Assembly (NCBI GenBank): GCA_035703635.1 | Contig: DASSXV010000063.1 | Location: 1-32,598, forward strand | Direction: 5' to 3' | DNA from: Trueperaceae bacterium | GTDB lineage: Bacteria; Deinococcota; Deinococci; Deinococcales; Trueperaceae | DNA length: 32,598 nucleotides | In this document: positions 1 through 8,766 of the stretch, piece by piece | How positions within the stretch are numbered: position 1 is the first letter of the stretch | How the letters are laid out: each line of letters begins with the position of its first letter | Translations under genes and position numbers: made by a program | The notes under the pieces: generated by a model | The model's input: only the letters and a program-made list of their open reading frames with translations | Told to the model about the DNA's origin: nothing | The model's database searches: none

Positions 1-1638
1 CGTCTCGACGGCGAAGATCGTCGCCGGGTTGCTGCGCGGGTCGAGCTTCGGGTTGCCCGTGAACGGGAAGGCGGTGGTGTCCTCGTTCCAGATCTCGACC
101 TGGAGTTCGTTGGCGTCACGCATGGTGAAGTGCGCGTTGCGTTCGCGGACCTGCACGTCGGTCGGGACACCTACGGCGGCCCAGTTGGCGGCTACGAGCT
201 GCGCGACGTCGGGCCACGGGCCGAATGCCGGCACTACGGAGAGCTCGATGCGCAGCGGCTTGCCGCTCGGCAGTAGGCGGTTGCCGTTGGCATCCTTCTT
301 CAGGCCGAGATCGTCGAGCATCTGGTTGGCGAGGGCCGGGTCGTACTCCGTGTACATCTTGGCGTACTCGTCACCCGGGTAGTAGGGGTGCCAAGGTGCG
401 GGAACGGGCTGGCGGATCTCGCCGAGGCCGAGGAACGCCGACTCGCGGATCTCTTCGCGGTCGACGGCGTGGGACATGGCGATGCGGAACTGCAGGTTCG
501 CTAGTACGTCGCCCAGTTCTGGGTCGAGGCGGTACTCCTGGTTGAACCAGACGGCGGCGTCGGAGCCACCGAAGCCTGGCCAGGTGATGACGTGGTAGTT
601 CGAGCGGTCGGAGTTCTCGACCAGCACGGAGTAGTTCGTCATCTGGATGTGGCGGGCCTGGAAGTCGAGCTCGCCGGCGACCGCAGCGAAGTTGAGCGCC
701 TCGACGTCGGCGAAGTAGCGGAACTGGACTTCGTCGATGTACGGGAGCTGGTTGCCGGCAGCGTCAACGCCGATGTAGTACGGGTTGCGGACGAGCTTGA
801 AGACCTGGTCTGAGATGGTCGAGTTCGACGGGACCCAGGCGGCCATCGTTGGGCGCGCGGGGTTCTCCGTTGGCATGGCCTTCGTCATGAACAGGTCGGT
901 CCAGCTAGCGAGGCCAGCGGCCTTGACGAGCTGGTCGAGGTCGGCTGCCGCCACGAAGTCAGGGTGGAACTGCTTGAGGTAGTGGCCTGGCAGGAAGGCC
1001 GCCAGGGTGCGGTCGCCGCCGTCACGGAAGGTGAGTTCCGTCATGAAGAGCGTGTTCGGGAAGTCGAACGTGATCTGGACGGTGTAGTCGTCCAGCGCGA
1101 CGACGGTGGCGGCGCTGCCGTCCTTGTTCTGGAACCAGGCGGGCACGCTCGGGGTGAGGTCCTTGTTGAGGAGCGTCTTCTCGTACCAGAACGTGATGGC
1201 GTCGGCCGTGAACGGCGCGCCGTCTGACCAACGGGCCCCCTCGCGGAGGTGCAGGGTCCAGGTATGGAAGTCAGCGGATGGCTCCCACGCGGAGACGATG
1301 TGCGGGACGATCTCGCTACCGTCTGAGCTGAAGCGGACGAGGCTGTCGTACACGACGCGCACGTAGTTGTTGGAGTCAGCCGGGCCGGTGAAGGCGCGGC
1401 GTAGGACGCCACCGTAGGTGCCGATCTCTTCGACGACGTCGATGACCAGTGGGTTGGTCGGCAGCCGCTCCGCGACGGGCGGAAGCTCGCCGCTGGCCAC
1501 GCGGGCGGCCAGGGACGGCGCCTCTTGGTACGTGCCCTGGGCGGAGGCGAAGCCAACGAGGAGCGCGGCTAGCGCCAGTAGTGCAAGCACCATCCGCCTC
1601 GAGTGGCCGTGCGCGAACGAAGTGAACCTGTCGGTCAT
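1..1638 (-). CDS. ABC transporter substrate-binding protein, family 5 (Opp/Dpp-like, oligosaccharide-binding type); 3' end runs off the window
   Basis: Not in the ORF track because there is no stop in the window. Translated manually from ATG 1638, preceded by SD AAGGAG: signal peptide MTDRFTSFAHGHSRRMVLALLALAALLVGFASAQ, then YQEAPSLAARVASGELPPVAERLP..IGTYGG, LREGARWSDGAPFTAD, RNPYY..VDAAGNQLPYID, typical of SBP_bac_5 sugar-binding subfamily. Confidence 0.92.
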   Translation of the reverse strand, partial: MTDRFTSFAHGHSRRMVLALLALAALLVGFASAQGTYQEAPSLAARVASGELPPVAERLPTNPLVIDVVEEIGTYGGVLRRAFTGPADSNNYVRVVYDSLVRFSSDGSEIVPHIVSAWEPSADFHTWTLHLREGARWSDGAPFTADAITFWYEKTLLNKDLTPSVPAWFQNKDGSAATVVALDDYTVQITFDFPNTLFMTELTFRDGGDRTLAAFLPGHYLKQFHPDFVAAADLDQLVKAAGLASWTDLFMTKAMPTENPARPTMAAWVPSNSTISDQVFKLVRNPYYIGVDAAGNQLPYIDEVQFRYFADVEALNFAAVAGELDFQARHIQMTNYSVLVENSDRSNYHVITWPGFGGSDAAVWFNQEYRLDPELGDVLANLQFRIAMSHAVDREEIRESAFLGLGEIRQPVPAPWHPYYPGDEYAKMYTEYDPALANQMLDDLGLKKDANGNRLLPSGKPLRIELSVVPAFGPWPDVAQLVAANWAAVGVPTDVQVRERNAHFTMRDANELQVEIWNEDTTAFPFTGNPKLDPRSNPATIFAVET

Positions 1639-1761
1639 TGGTACTCCTTCCGGGAGGTGAGCAACTACATGCCATCCGAGGCGCGGCTTTCCCCTTGCGG
1701 GGCCTAGAGTCGCCGTATGGATCGCCCAGTTCAGTCGGCCGTGGCGTGGCCGCACCGTCGT

Positions 1762-1777
1762 GCGTTAGCGATAACGC
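1762..1777. promoter_or_regulatory. Candidate LacI-family operator GCGTTAGCGATAACGC
   Basis: Near-perfect palindrome with central CG, just downstream of the SBP promoter; matches the site at 4370-4381. Confidence 0.75.
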
Positions 1778-1795
1778 GGATTGCTATGTGCCCGG

Positions 1796-1824
1796 AGGTT
1801 AGCACGGGCCATTCGGACGGTCAA
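1796..1824 (-). promoter_or_regulatory. sigma70-type promoter for the ABC transporter genes
   Basis: Minus strand TTGACC-17 nt-TAACCT with TG extended -10. Confidence 0.75.
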
Positions 1825-1924
1825 TACCGTTGCCACGTGGTCCAAAAAGTCGGCCGCATCTCGTCACTTCTCCGTGCAGGACGGCATCGCCGCCACTGGC
1901 GCTTCCAGGTTCGCCAGGGCGCGT

Positions 1925-3223
1925 TCAGGCGGCGCTCGTCCTTGCTTCGAGCCCTCCCTCGAGGAGTTCGACGAGCAACATCAAGTTGCGCAGGAGGTGG
2001 TATGGGTCCTTGACCGGCAAGCCGACCACGCGGTCAAGGGGCGCGCCGCTGCGGTCGCGGATCTGTATCCATTCCCCCACGTTGGCGTCGGGGTTGGGGA
2101 AAGTAGCGAACGTGTAGCTTTGGGTGCGGTCGTGAACGGCGCGCAGCTCTTCGTCGCCCGTCAACACGTAGCCCAACATGGCGGCGTAGAGCGTTTCAGA
2201 GTGGGGCCACCAGATCTTCGTGTCCCATGTTCCTAGGATGAGCGCCTCGAACGGGCCGTCTGCAGTGCCGCGAGGCGGCTGGCCGTCCTGCCCGACGTAA
2301 CGGAAGATACCGCCGTGAACTGGATCCCACCCGACGGCGAACGAACTCTTCACTACCTCTGCGGCCTTGGCGATGACGTCCGCGCGACCGTGCCTGGCGG
2401 CCTCCTCCATCAAGAACCACATCGATTCGATGGCGTGGCCTGGCGTGACGTGCGTGGTCAGCAGCCCAGAGCCGCCGCCGGAGCACGTGACCTCCCGCAC
2501 TAGCCCTGATGGCAAGACGAAGTTGTCGAGCACGTCGTCCGAGTGACCTTTGGCGTGCTGCGCGAAAGTCGTGGCGCGCTCGTCACCCCGCTCGACCAAC
2601 GCTAGCTCGAGCTCCTGAGCGACGTTGAGCAAGATCATGGGCTGGGCGTGCGCGCGGCACCCGGGAGGCAACGGGTACGGTTCGCTGCGCGCGTTACCGG
2701 CTGCCAAGCGCGCGACGACGCGGTCGTAGGCCGCAACGGCCTCATCGAGGTAGTGCCACTGGCCCGTCGCCCTTGCCGTCTCGCTCAGCCCCAAGGCAAC
2801 GAAGCAGTCAGCGAAGTAGCTGAGGTCGTGACCCTTGCCAGGCACGAACTCCTTCTTGGCGCCGTCCGCTGTGAGGAGGTAGCCGCTAGAGCCATCGTCG
2901 AGGTAGGCGTTGGCGCGCAGGAACTCCACCGTCTCGACCGCCCTGGTGGCGTACTCGTCCGCGCTGCCCGCCAACCAACCGCGGCGCGCCATCCGCGAGG
3001 CGTGCGCCATCAGCCACGCGAAGCGCCCCTGCGACCACACGAACTTGTCGTCGCTGACGCGTTCGCCTGTGACGTTGTCTAGGCAGGTGAAGACGCCACC
3101 GCGCTGCCTGTCACTCGGAGCGCCGAGCCAGAACGGCAGCGCCTGCTCCTCGAGTTGGTGCCTGTAGAAAGTGGCTAGCCTAGCTCGCTCGCTTGGTTCG
3201 AATGCGTCGGGGGTAGCGCTCAT
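1925..3223 (-). CDS. AGE-family epimerase (N-acylglucosamine 2-epimerase-like)
   Basis: Motifs GGVFTCLD, KFVWSQGR, PGHAIESMWF, WDTKIWWPHSE, GEW, KDPYHLLR. Start placed at ATG 3223 (SD AAGGAG) rather than 3271. Confidence 0.88.
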   Translation of the reverse strand: MSATPDAFEPSERARLATFYRHQLEEQALPFWLGAPSDRQRGGVFTCLDNVTGERVSDDKFVWSQGRFAWLMAHASRMARRGWLAGSADEYATRAVETVEFLRANAYLDDGSSGYLLTADGAKKEFVPGKGHDLSYFADCFVALGLSETARATGQWHYLDEAVAAYDRVVARLAAGNARSEPYPLPPGCRAHAQPMILLNVAQELELALVERGDERATTFAQHAKGHSDDVLDNFVLPSGLVREVTCSGGGSGLLTTHVTPGHAIESMWFLMEEAARHGRADVIAKAAEVVKSSFAVGWDPVHGGIFRYVGQDGQPPRGTADGPFEALILGTWDTKIWWPHSETLYAAMLGYVLTGDEELRAVHDRTQSYTFATFPNPDANVGEWIQIRDRSGAPLDRVVGLPVKDPYHLLRNLMLLVELLEGGLEARTSAA

Positions 3224-3311
3224 GCCTGACTCCTTAACAGCCGGACGTTGCCTGGCTGCGGTGTGCGGCAATTGAACCCCAGCCGCGCTGGTCTGACAAG
3301 CCGTCAGGGCG

Positions 3312-4268
3312 TCAAGTGATGGAGCGCGCCACCCTGAAACCCATGTGTCCCGTCGTGCTGTCCGGGGTGTTGAACGTCCTCGCGGCCACGCGGTAGCGGT
3401 TGCAGTAAGACGCGTGGCACAAGTAAGAACCGCCCTTCACCACTCGCCCAGGCCCGTCCGGCGGGCCGCTCGGGTCGGTAACGGGGCCACGCCCGCGTTG
3501 GTTGCCGAACCAATCCGAGCACCACTCCCACACGTTGCCGGCCGCGTTGTGAAGCCCGTGACCGTTCGGCTCGAACGACGTTACCGGCGCGGTGCCAAGG
3601 TAGCCGTCCGCCGCGCTGTTGTGCAGCGGGAACTCACCCTGCCAGATGTTGCAGCGGTGCTCGCCGTTGGGCCGCAGTCGATCGCCCCACGGGTAGCGGG
3701 CACCCTCCAGGCCGCCGCGCGCCGCGTACTCCCACTCCGCCTCGCTCGGCAACCGCGCGCCCGCCCAGGCGCAGTACGCCTGCGCGTCGTTCCACGAGAC
3801 GTGGACGACGGGGTGGTCGAGCCGCGCGTCGACGGCGGAGCCAGGGCCTTCCGGTTGGCGCCAGTTCGCGCCGAACACCTGACGCCACCAGCGCGCTGCC
3901 GGCACCGCCCTGTACGCCTTCGGAGCGGCGAGGAAGCCCTCGAACACGAACGACCAGCCGTAGGCCTCCGCCTCCGTCACGTGGCCGCTAGCTGCAACGA
4001 AGCGCGCGAAATCGGCGTTGGTAACGGCGTAGCGGTCGATCTCGAACGCCGAGAGCTGCACGGTGCGAACGGGCCCCTCACCGTCGGCTGCGAACCCTTC
4101 GCCTTCGGCGCCCATGGCGAAACTAGCTCCAGGTAGGCGTACGAAGCGCTCGCTTGGGTGGAGGCCGGCTTGGCCCGTTGGCGCCAGGGTTCGAGGCGGA
4201 GCGCTCTGCTCTTCCCTGCCCTCTTCGTGGCGCGGTAGGCAACAACTCTTGCTACTGGCGCTTGGCAC
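3312..4268 (-). CDS. Formylglycine-generating enzyme (sulfatase-modifying factor, SUMF1 type)
   Basis: HPVVHVSWNDA, RLPSEAEWEYAARGG, GNVWEW, KGGSYLCHASYCNRYRVAAR (both catalytic Cys present), GFRV; GTG start with SD AAGGAGG. Confidence 0.92.
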   Translation of the reverse strand: MPSASSKSCCLPRHEEGREEQSAPPRTLAPTGQAGLHPSERFVRLPGASFAMGAEGEGFAADGEGPVRTVQLSAFEIDRYAVTNADFARFVAASGHVTEAEAYGWSFVFEGFLAAPKAYRAVPAARWWRQVFGANWRQPEGPGSAVDARLDHPVVHVSWNDAQAYCAWAGARLPSEAEWEYAARGGLEGARYPWGDRLRPNGEHRCNIWQGEFPLHNSAADGYLGTAPVTSFEPNGHGLHNAAGNVWEWCSDWFGNQRGRGPVTDPSGPPDGPGRVVKGGSYLCHASYCNRYRVAARTFNTPDSTTGHMGFRVARSIT

Positions 4269-4311
4269 GCTGCCTCCTTTGCGTTACGCGCTCGTTTGAC
4301 GTCGGCTCGAC

Positions 4312-4340
4312 TTGACAGTCTAGTCGCAGCTACCTATCAT
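4312..4340 (+). promoter_or_regulatory. sigma70 promoter of the rightward sugar operon
   Basis: TTGACA-17 nt-TATCAT, near consensus. Confidence 0.85.
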
Positions 4341-4369
4341 CGCCTCACTGTAGCCACCGCGCGTTTTGT

Positions 4370-4381
4370 GTTAGCGGTAAC
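4370..4381. promoter_or_regulatory. Candidate LacI-family operator GTTAGCGGTAAC
   Basis: Imperfect palindrome with central CG about 30 nt downstream of the -10; same core as 1764-1775. Confidence 0.72.
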
Positions 4382-4515
4382 TCCGCGCTTCCGATGGGCA
4401 AGCACTAGACGGCCCTTCGGTAGGTACGGGCCGCGCGCAAGCAACGGTCAACGACTCCCTTGGTAAGGCGCGCTCTCCTCCACTTTGGGCCCTTAGCGCG
4501 CGAAAGGATAGCTGC

Positions 4516-5298
4516 ATGCCGAGTTCGCCACAACCAACCGCCCAGTTCAACGTCGACAAACTACCTGTCGCCGTCTACGCATCGACCGCTGACATGGGCC
4601 TGGCCGCCGCGCTCGCGGCGCGCGACGTCATCACTGAGTCCATCACGGCGCGCGGCGAGGCCAACGTCATTCTCGCTACCGGCAACTCGCAACTAGCCTT
4701 CCTGCACGCCCTTAGGGAGCTGCCGAACATCGACTGGCCGAAGGTGCGGATCTTCCACATGGACGAGTACCTCGGACTTCCGGCTGGGCACCCGGCCAGC
4801 TTCCCGAAGTTCCTGCTCGAGCACTTCATCGGCCACGTGCAGGTCGGTGCGTTCCACCCGGTACCAGGCGACGCCGACGCTGCGGAAACCAACTGCCGCG
4901 AGTACGAGGCGCTCCTGCGCGCCCACCCCGTCGACCTCGTCGCTCTCGGGTGGGGAGAGAACGGCCACCTGGCGTTCAACGACCCGCCTTACGCCTTCTT
5001 CGATGACCCGCACTGGGTGAAGGTGATCGAGCTGGCCCACGCTAGCCGCAAGCAGCAAGTCGGCGAGGGACACTTCCCCGACCTGGCCTCGGTGCCGACG
5101 CACGCCATAACCCTCACCATCCCGGCGCTGCTGGCAGCCAAGCAGGTCCTGTGCATCGTTCCAGAGGCCCGGAAGGTGGCGGCCGTTAGCGCCTGCCTCT
5201 ATGAACCCGTCGACGAGGCGCGCCCCGGCTCCATCCTGCGCACCGTCGACCACGCCCGCCTCTACCTCGACCCGGAATCTGGGAGGGGCGTGCGTTGA
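4516..5298 (+). CDS. NagB-like sugar isomerase/deaminase (glucosamine-6-phosphate deaminase family, divergent paralog)
   Basis: LATGNSQ, FHMDEY, GWGENGHLAFNDP, AITLTIP; SD AAAGGA. Confidence 0.85.
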   Translation: MPSSPQPTAQFNVDKLPVAVYASTADMGLAAALAARDVITESITARGEANVILATGNSQLAFLHALRELPNIDWPKVRIFHMDEYLGLPAGHPASFPKFLLEHFIGHVQVGAFHPVPGDADAAETNCREYEALLRAHPVDLVALGWGENGHLAFNDPPYAFFDDPHWVKVIELAHASRKQQVGEGHFPDLASVPTHAITLTIPALLAAKQVLCIVPEARKVAAVSACLYEPVDEARPGSILRTVDHARLYLDPESGRGVR

Positions 5299-6140
5299 AC
5301 AGCGCGGCAGGCGCTACCGCCGGCAAGGCGGAGCTCTTCGACCTGACCGGGCGCGTAGCCCTCATCACCGGCGCGACCGGGGTCCTTGGCGGCGCCATGG
5401 CGCGCGGTCTAGCCGCCCGCGGCGCCAAGGTAGCCGTCCTCGGCCGCAACGAGGAACGCGCCGCCGAGTTGGCCGCGCAACTTACGGCAGACGGCGCCGA
5501 GGCCATGCCCGCCCCGGCGGACGTGCTCGACCGCGCCAGCCTCGAGTCAGTGAAGGAACGCATAACCGCACGCTGGGGCCGCATCGACGTGCTCGTCAAC
5601 GCAGCTGGCGGCAACATGCCGGGCGCGACCCTGCAACCGGGCGCGAGCTTCTTCGACTTGGGCGCTGTGCCGATGCGCGAGGTCGTCGACCTCAATTACA
5701 TGGGCACCGTCCTGCCGATCCAGGTCTTCGGCCCCGCCCTCGCGGCTGGCGGCCACGGTTCGATAGTCAACATCTCGTCGATGGCGTCGCTGCGCTCCAT
5801 CACCAGAGTAGTTGGCTACGGCGCCGCGAAGGCGGCCATCGACAACCTCACCCGCTGGCTGGCGATGGCGTTCGGCACGGAGTTCGGCGGCGCGTTGCGC
5901 GTCAACGCCATGGCGCCAGGCTTCTTCATCGGCAACCAGAACCGCGCGCTGCTCCTCGAGCCGGACGGCTCGTTGACGCCTCGCGGCAAGCAGATCATCG
6001 ACCACACGCCCCTCGGGCGTTTCGGGGAGCCGGAGGAACTCGTAGGCACGCTCGTGTGGTTGTGCAGTGACGCCAGCCGCTTCGTGACCGGCGTCGTCGT
6101 GCCCGTAGACGGCGGTTTCGCGGTGACGAGCGGGGTGTGA
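5295..6140 (+). CDS. uxuB: SDR-family oxidoreductase, probable D-mannonate oxidoreductase / fructuronate reductase (SDR-type UxuB)
   Basis: TGATGVLG, NAAGGN, NISSM, YGAAK catalytic motif, RVNAMAPGFF..QNRALL, HTPLGRFG; TTG start overlaps upstream TGA; context with uxaC and uxaE. Confidence 0.75.
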   Translation: MNSAAGATAGKAELFDLTGRVALITGATGVLGGAMARGLAARGAKVAVLGRNEERAAELAAQLTADGAEAMPAPADVLDRASLESVKERITARWGRIDVLVNAAGGNMPGATLQPGASFFDLGAVPMREVVDLNYMGTVLPIQVFGPALAAGGHGSIVNISSMASLRSITRVVGYGAAKAAIDNLTRWLAMAFGTEFGGALRVNAMAPGFFIGNQNRALLLEPDGSLTPRGKQIIDHTPLGRFGEPEELVGTLVWLCSDASRFVTGVVVPVDGGFAVTSGV

Positions 6141-6147
6141 CCTGGCG

Positions 6148-7242
6148 ATGAAGAGTGGGGGACGAGCACGGGGGTATGCCGGCACGCTGCAGTCGCAGCG
6201 CGTGACCAACGCAGACGTCGCGCGCGCGGCCGGCGTGTCTTCCATGACGGTTTCGCGCGTCGTGAACGGCAACGGTCGGGTGAGCGACGAGACGCGTGAA
6301 CGCGTCCGCCGCGCCATCGAAGAGCTTGGCTACCAACCCAACCAGCTCGCGCGCTCCCTCACGCAAGGCCGCACCCGCACCATCGGCATCGTCGTGCCCG
6401 ACATAACCAACCCGTTCTTTCCAGAGATCGTGCGCGGGGCGGAGGACGCCGCGTGGGAGGCGGGCTACACCGTTGCGCTAGCCAACGCCGTGGAGGACCA
6501 GGCCCGCGAACGCGCAGCGCTGCGCAACCTAGCTGGCCACCGCGTGGACGGCGTCGTCCACTGCTCCCCACGCCTCCCAGACCACGAGCTGGCCGAGCTC
6601 TTGACCTCGCATACGGCGGCCGTGCTCATCAACCGTCACGCCGGCCCTGCTCCCGCGGTCAGCCTCATGGTCGACGACCCGCTAGGTGCCGATATCGCCG
6701 TGAAGCACCTGGTTGGCGCGGGCCGCACCCGCCTCGTGCACTTGGGCGGGCCGACCCGCTCGGCTAGCGCGGGCTACAGGCGCAGTGGCTTCCTCGCGGC
6801 AGCCAAGTCAGCGGGACTGCCAGTCGACAGCGAGTTGTTGCTCAACTGCGAACCGACGGAGGAAGCTGGCTACGCGGCCGTGTCTCACCTGCTATCAAGC
6901 TCGAAGCGCGAGTTCGACGGCCTCGTCGCTTACAACGACCTCGGCGCGCTAGGCGCCATCAACGCCATCAAACACGCTGGCTTGCGCGTGCCTGATGACG
7001 TCGCGGTGATCGGTTGCGACGACATCCGCATCGCCAGCCTCATCTCCCCTTCGCTCACCACCCTGCGCATCGAGAAGTACCGAATGGGGCACCTCGCCAT
7101 TCAGACGATCTTCGAGCTGCAGCGGGGCGGTCAACCAACCGATGTGACGTTCAAGCCCGAACTGATCGTCCGCGAAAGCGCGCCGTGGGTCCACGCGCAC
7201 GCCGCAGCGGCCACTACCGTAAGCAAGCCCCCAGAGGAGTAA
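6148..7242 (+). CDS. LacI-family transcriptional regulator
   Basis: HTH VTNADVARAAGVSSMTVSRVVN, LGYQPNQLARSL, PDITNPFF, VPDDVAVIGCDD, PSLTT; true start could be slightly downstream. Confidence 0.95.
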   Translation: MKSGGRARGYAGTLQSQRVTNADVARAAGVSSMTVSRVVNGNGRVSDETRERVRRAIEELGYQPNQLARSLTQGRTRTIGIVVPDITNPFFPEIVRGAEDAAWEAGYTVALANAVEDQARERAALRNLAGHRVDGVVHCSPRLPDHELAELLTSHTAAVLINRHAGPAPAVSLMVDDPLGADIAVKHLVGAGRTRLVHLGGPTRSASAGYRRSGFLAAAKSAGLPVDSELLLNCEPTEEAGYAAVSHLLSSSKREFDGLVAYNDLGALGAINAIKHAGLRVPDDVAVIGCDDIRIASLISPSLTTLRIEKYRMGHLAIQTIFELQRGGQPTDVTFKPELIVRESAPWVHAHAAAATTVSKPPEE

Positions 7243-7245
7243 CGC

Positions 7246-8766
7246 ATGAGAAGCGACGCCGACCACAACGACCCCATCGCCAGCACGCGCGCCGCGCGCG
7301 AACACGGCCGCGGCGTGGTGCAAGCAAGCGCCCGCGCGCACGACGGCCTGGGTTTCTGGGCCGAGGTCGAAGGCGAAAACGTGCGCATCGCCATCGCGGC
7401 GCAGGCAGGCGATCAGCGCTTGGCTTCACTGGCGGGAGAGCGGCACGCCGCGCCAGACGTGACCGTCGTGAGGGCAGCGCCCAGCTGCGCCGCCCTTCGC
7501 ACCCTGCGCGAGTTGCTCCCTTCCCTCACGCCTCGCCCGCTCGGCCTTGCGACGAGCGCCGGCTTCGGCGACCGGCTAGGGTTGGCGACGCCCGGTCACG
7601 TCGACGCCATGCGCGCCGCCGGCGCTACGGGGGTTGCCCCCATCTTCGCGCAGCAGAGCATGCGCGAGAACGCTCGCACCGGCCGCAACCCCCAAGAAGT
7701 CGTCGACGACGCCACCTGGGGCGCCTTCCTCGCCGGTTGGACCGGGCCGGTTGGCGCGGACGCCGATCACCTCAAGACAGAGGATGACATCGACCTCTGC
7801 CTGGCGGCCGGCTACTCGTTCTTCACCTTCGACCCTGGCGCGCACGTGAACGCAGAAGCGGACGTCATGACCAGCGCGGACCTGGAGCTGGCGTTCCAAG
7901 CGCTGCCATGGCACGACCTCGACACCTCGCCTGCCGACTTGAAGGCGCGCCTGGCGGGCGCCAGCCTCGACGCTGGTGAGCGCCTCGTAACGTTCGGGCC
8001 GGGAGAGCTAGAGCGCGCGGCCGTCAAGTACGGTCGGGCCGTCGCCCACGTAGCGCGCATGGCAGATCACTTGCGGCGGGCCGCCACCTACCCCACTGAG
8101 GTCGAGGTTTCCGTCGACGAGACGCCGACGGCCACGTCGTTGGCCGAGCACCTCTACTTCGCCACTGAGCTCAAGCGCCTCGGGGTCGAGTGGGTGTCGT
8201 TGGCGCCGCGCTTCGTCGGCGATTTCGAGAAGGGCGTCGAGTACCTTGGCGACCTCGGCCTGCTCTCCAGCAACCTCATCGGGCACGCGGCCATCGCGCG
8301 CCAGCTCGGGCCGTACAAGCTGAGCCTGCACTCCGGCTCCGACAAGTTCTCCGCCTACCCGATCGCCGCCGCGGCAGCAGACGGGCTCGTGCACTTGAAG
8401 ACCGCGGGGACGAGCTACTTGGAGGCGTTGCGGGTAGTCGGCGCGGTCCAACCCGAGTTGCTGCACCGCATCGCCCGCCTCGCCATCCAGCACTTCGCGG
8501 AGGACGTGAAGAGCTACCACGTGTCTGGCAGCCCCGCCGGCATGCCGAACCTCGGCGCCTTGCCCGGCACTGCGATCGGAGCGCTGCTCGAGCAGTTCGA
8601 TTCGCGGCAAGTGCTGCACGTCACGTTCGGCTCCGCGCTCAAGGCTCACGGCGCGGAGTTGCGCGCCGTTCTGCAGAGCCACCCTGCTGCCTACCGCGCG
8701 GCGCTCAGGCGCCACTTCGAGCGCCACCTCGCGCCGTTCGTCGTCGCCAAGGGCGCCCCGGCATGA
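7246..8766 (+). CDS. uxaE: Tagaturonate/fructuronate epimerase
   Basis: GFGDRLGLATPGH, AQQSMRE, GADADHLK, SVDE, APRFVGDFEKG, HSGSDK, HLKTAGTSYLEALR; SD GAGGAG. Confidence 0.9.
   Translation: MRSDADHNDPIASTRAAREHGRGVVQASARAHDGLGFWAEVEGENVRIAIAAQAGDQRLASLAGERHAAPDVTVVRAAPSCAALRTLRELLPSLTPRPLGLATSAGFGDRLGLATPGHVDAMRAAGATGVAPIFAQQSMRENARTGRNPQEVVDDATWGAFLAGWTGPVGADADHLKTEDDIDLCLAAGYSFFTFDPGAHVNAEADVMTSADLELAFQALPWHDLDTSPADLKARLAGASLDAGERLVTFGPGELERAAVKYGRAVAHVARMADHLRRAATYPTEVEVSVDETPTATSLAEHLYFATELKRLGVEWVSLAPRFVGDFEKGVEYLGDLGLLSSNLIGHAAIARQLGPYKLSLHSGSDKFSAYPIAAAAADGLVHLKTAGTSYLEALRVVGAVQPELLHRIARLAIQHFAEDVKSYHVSGSPAGMPNLGALPGTAIGALLEQFDSRQVLHVTFGSALKAHGAELRAVLQSHPAAYRAALRRHFERHLAPFVVAKGAPA

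Noticed and set aside
29-1675. Many short ORFs listed in the track over the first 1.7 kb
   Set aside because: They are shadows of the real minus-strand SBP gene, which the track omits because it lacks a stop in the window
8190-8762. N-terminal extension making uxaC 664 aa
   Set aside because: Out-of-frame overlap with uxaE and Arg-rich noise; ATGA coupling at 8763 gives a normal-length UxaC
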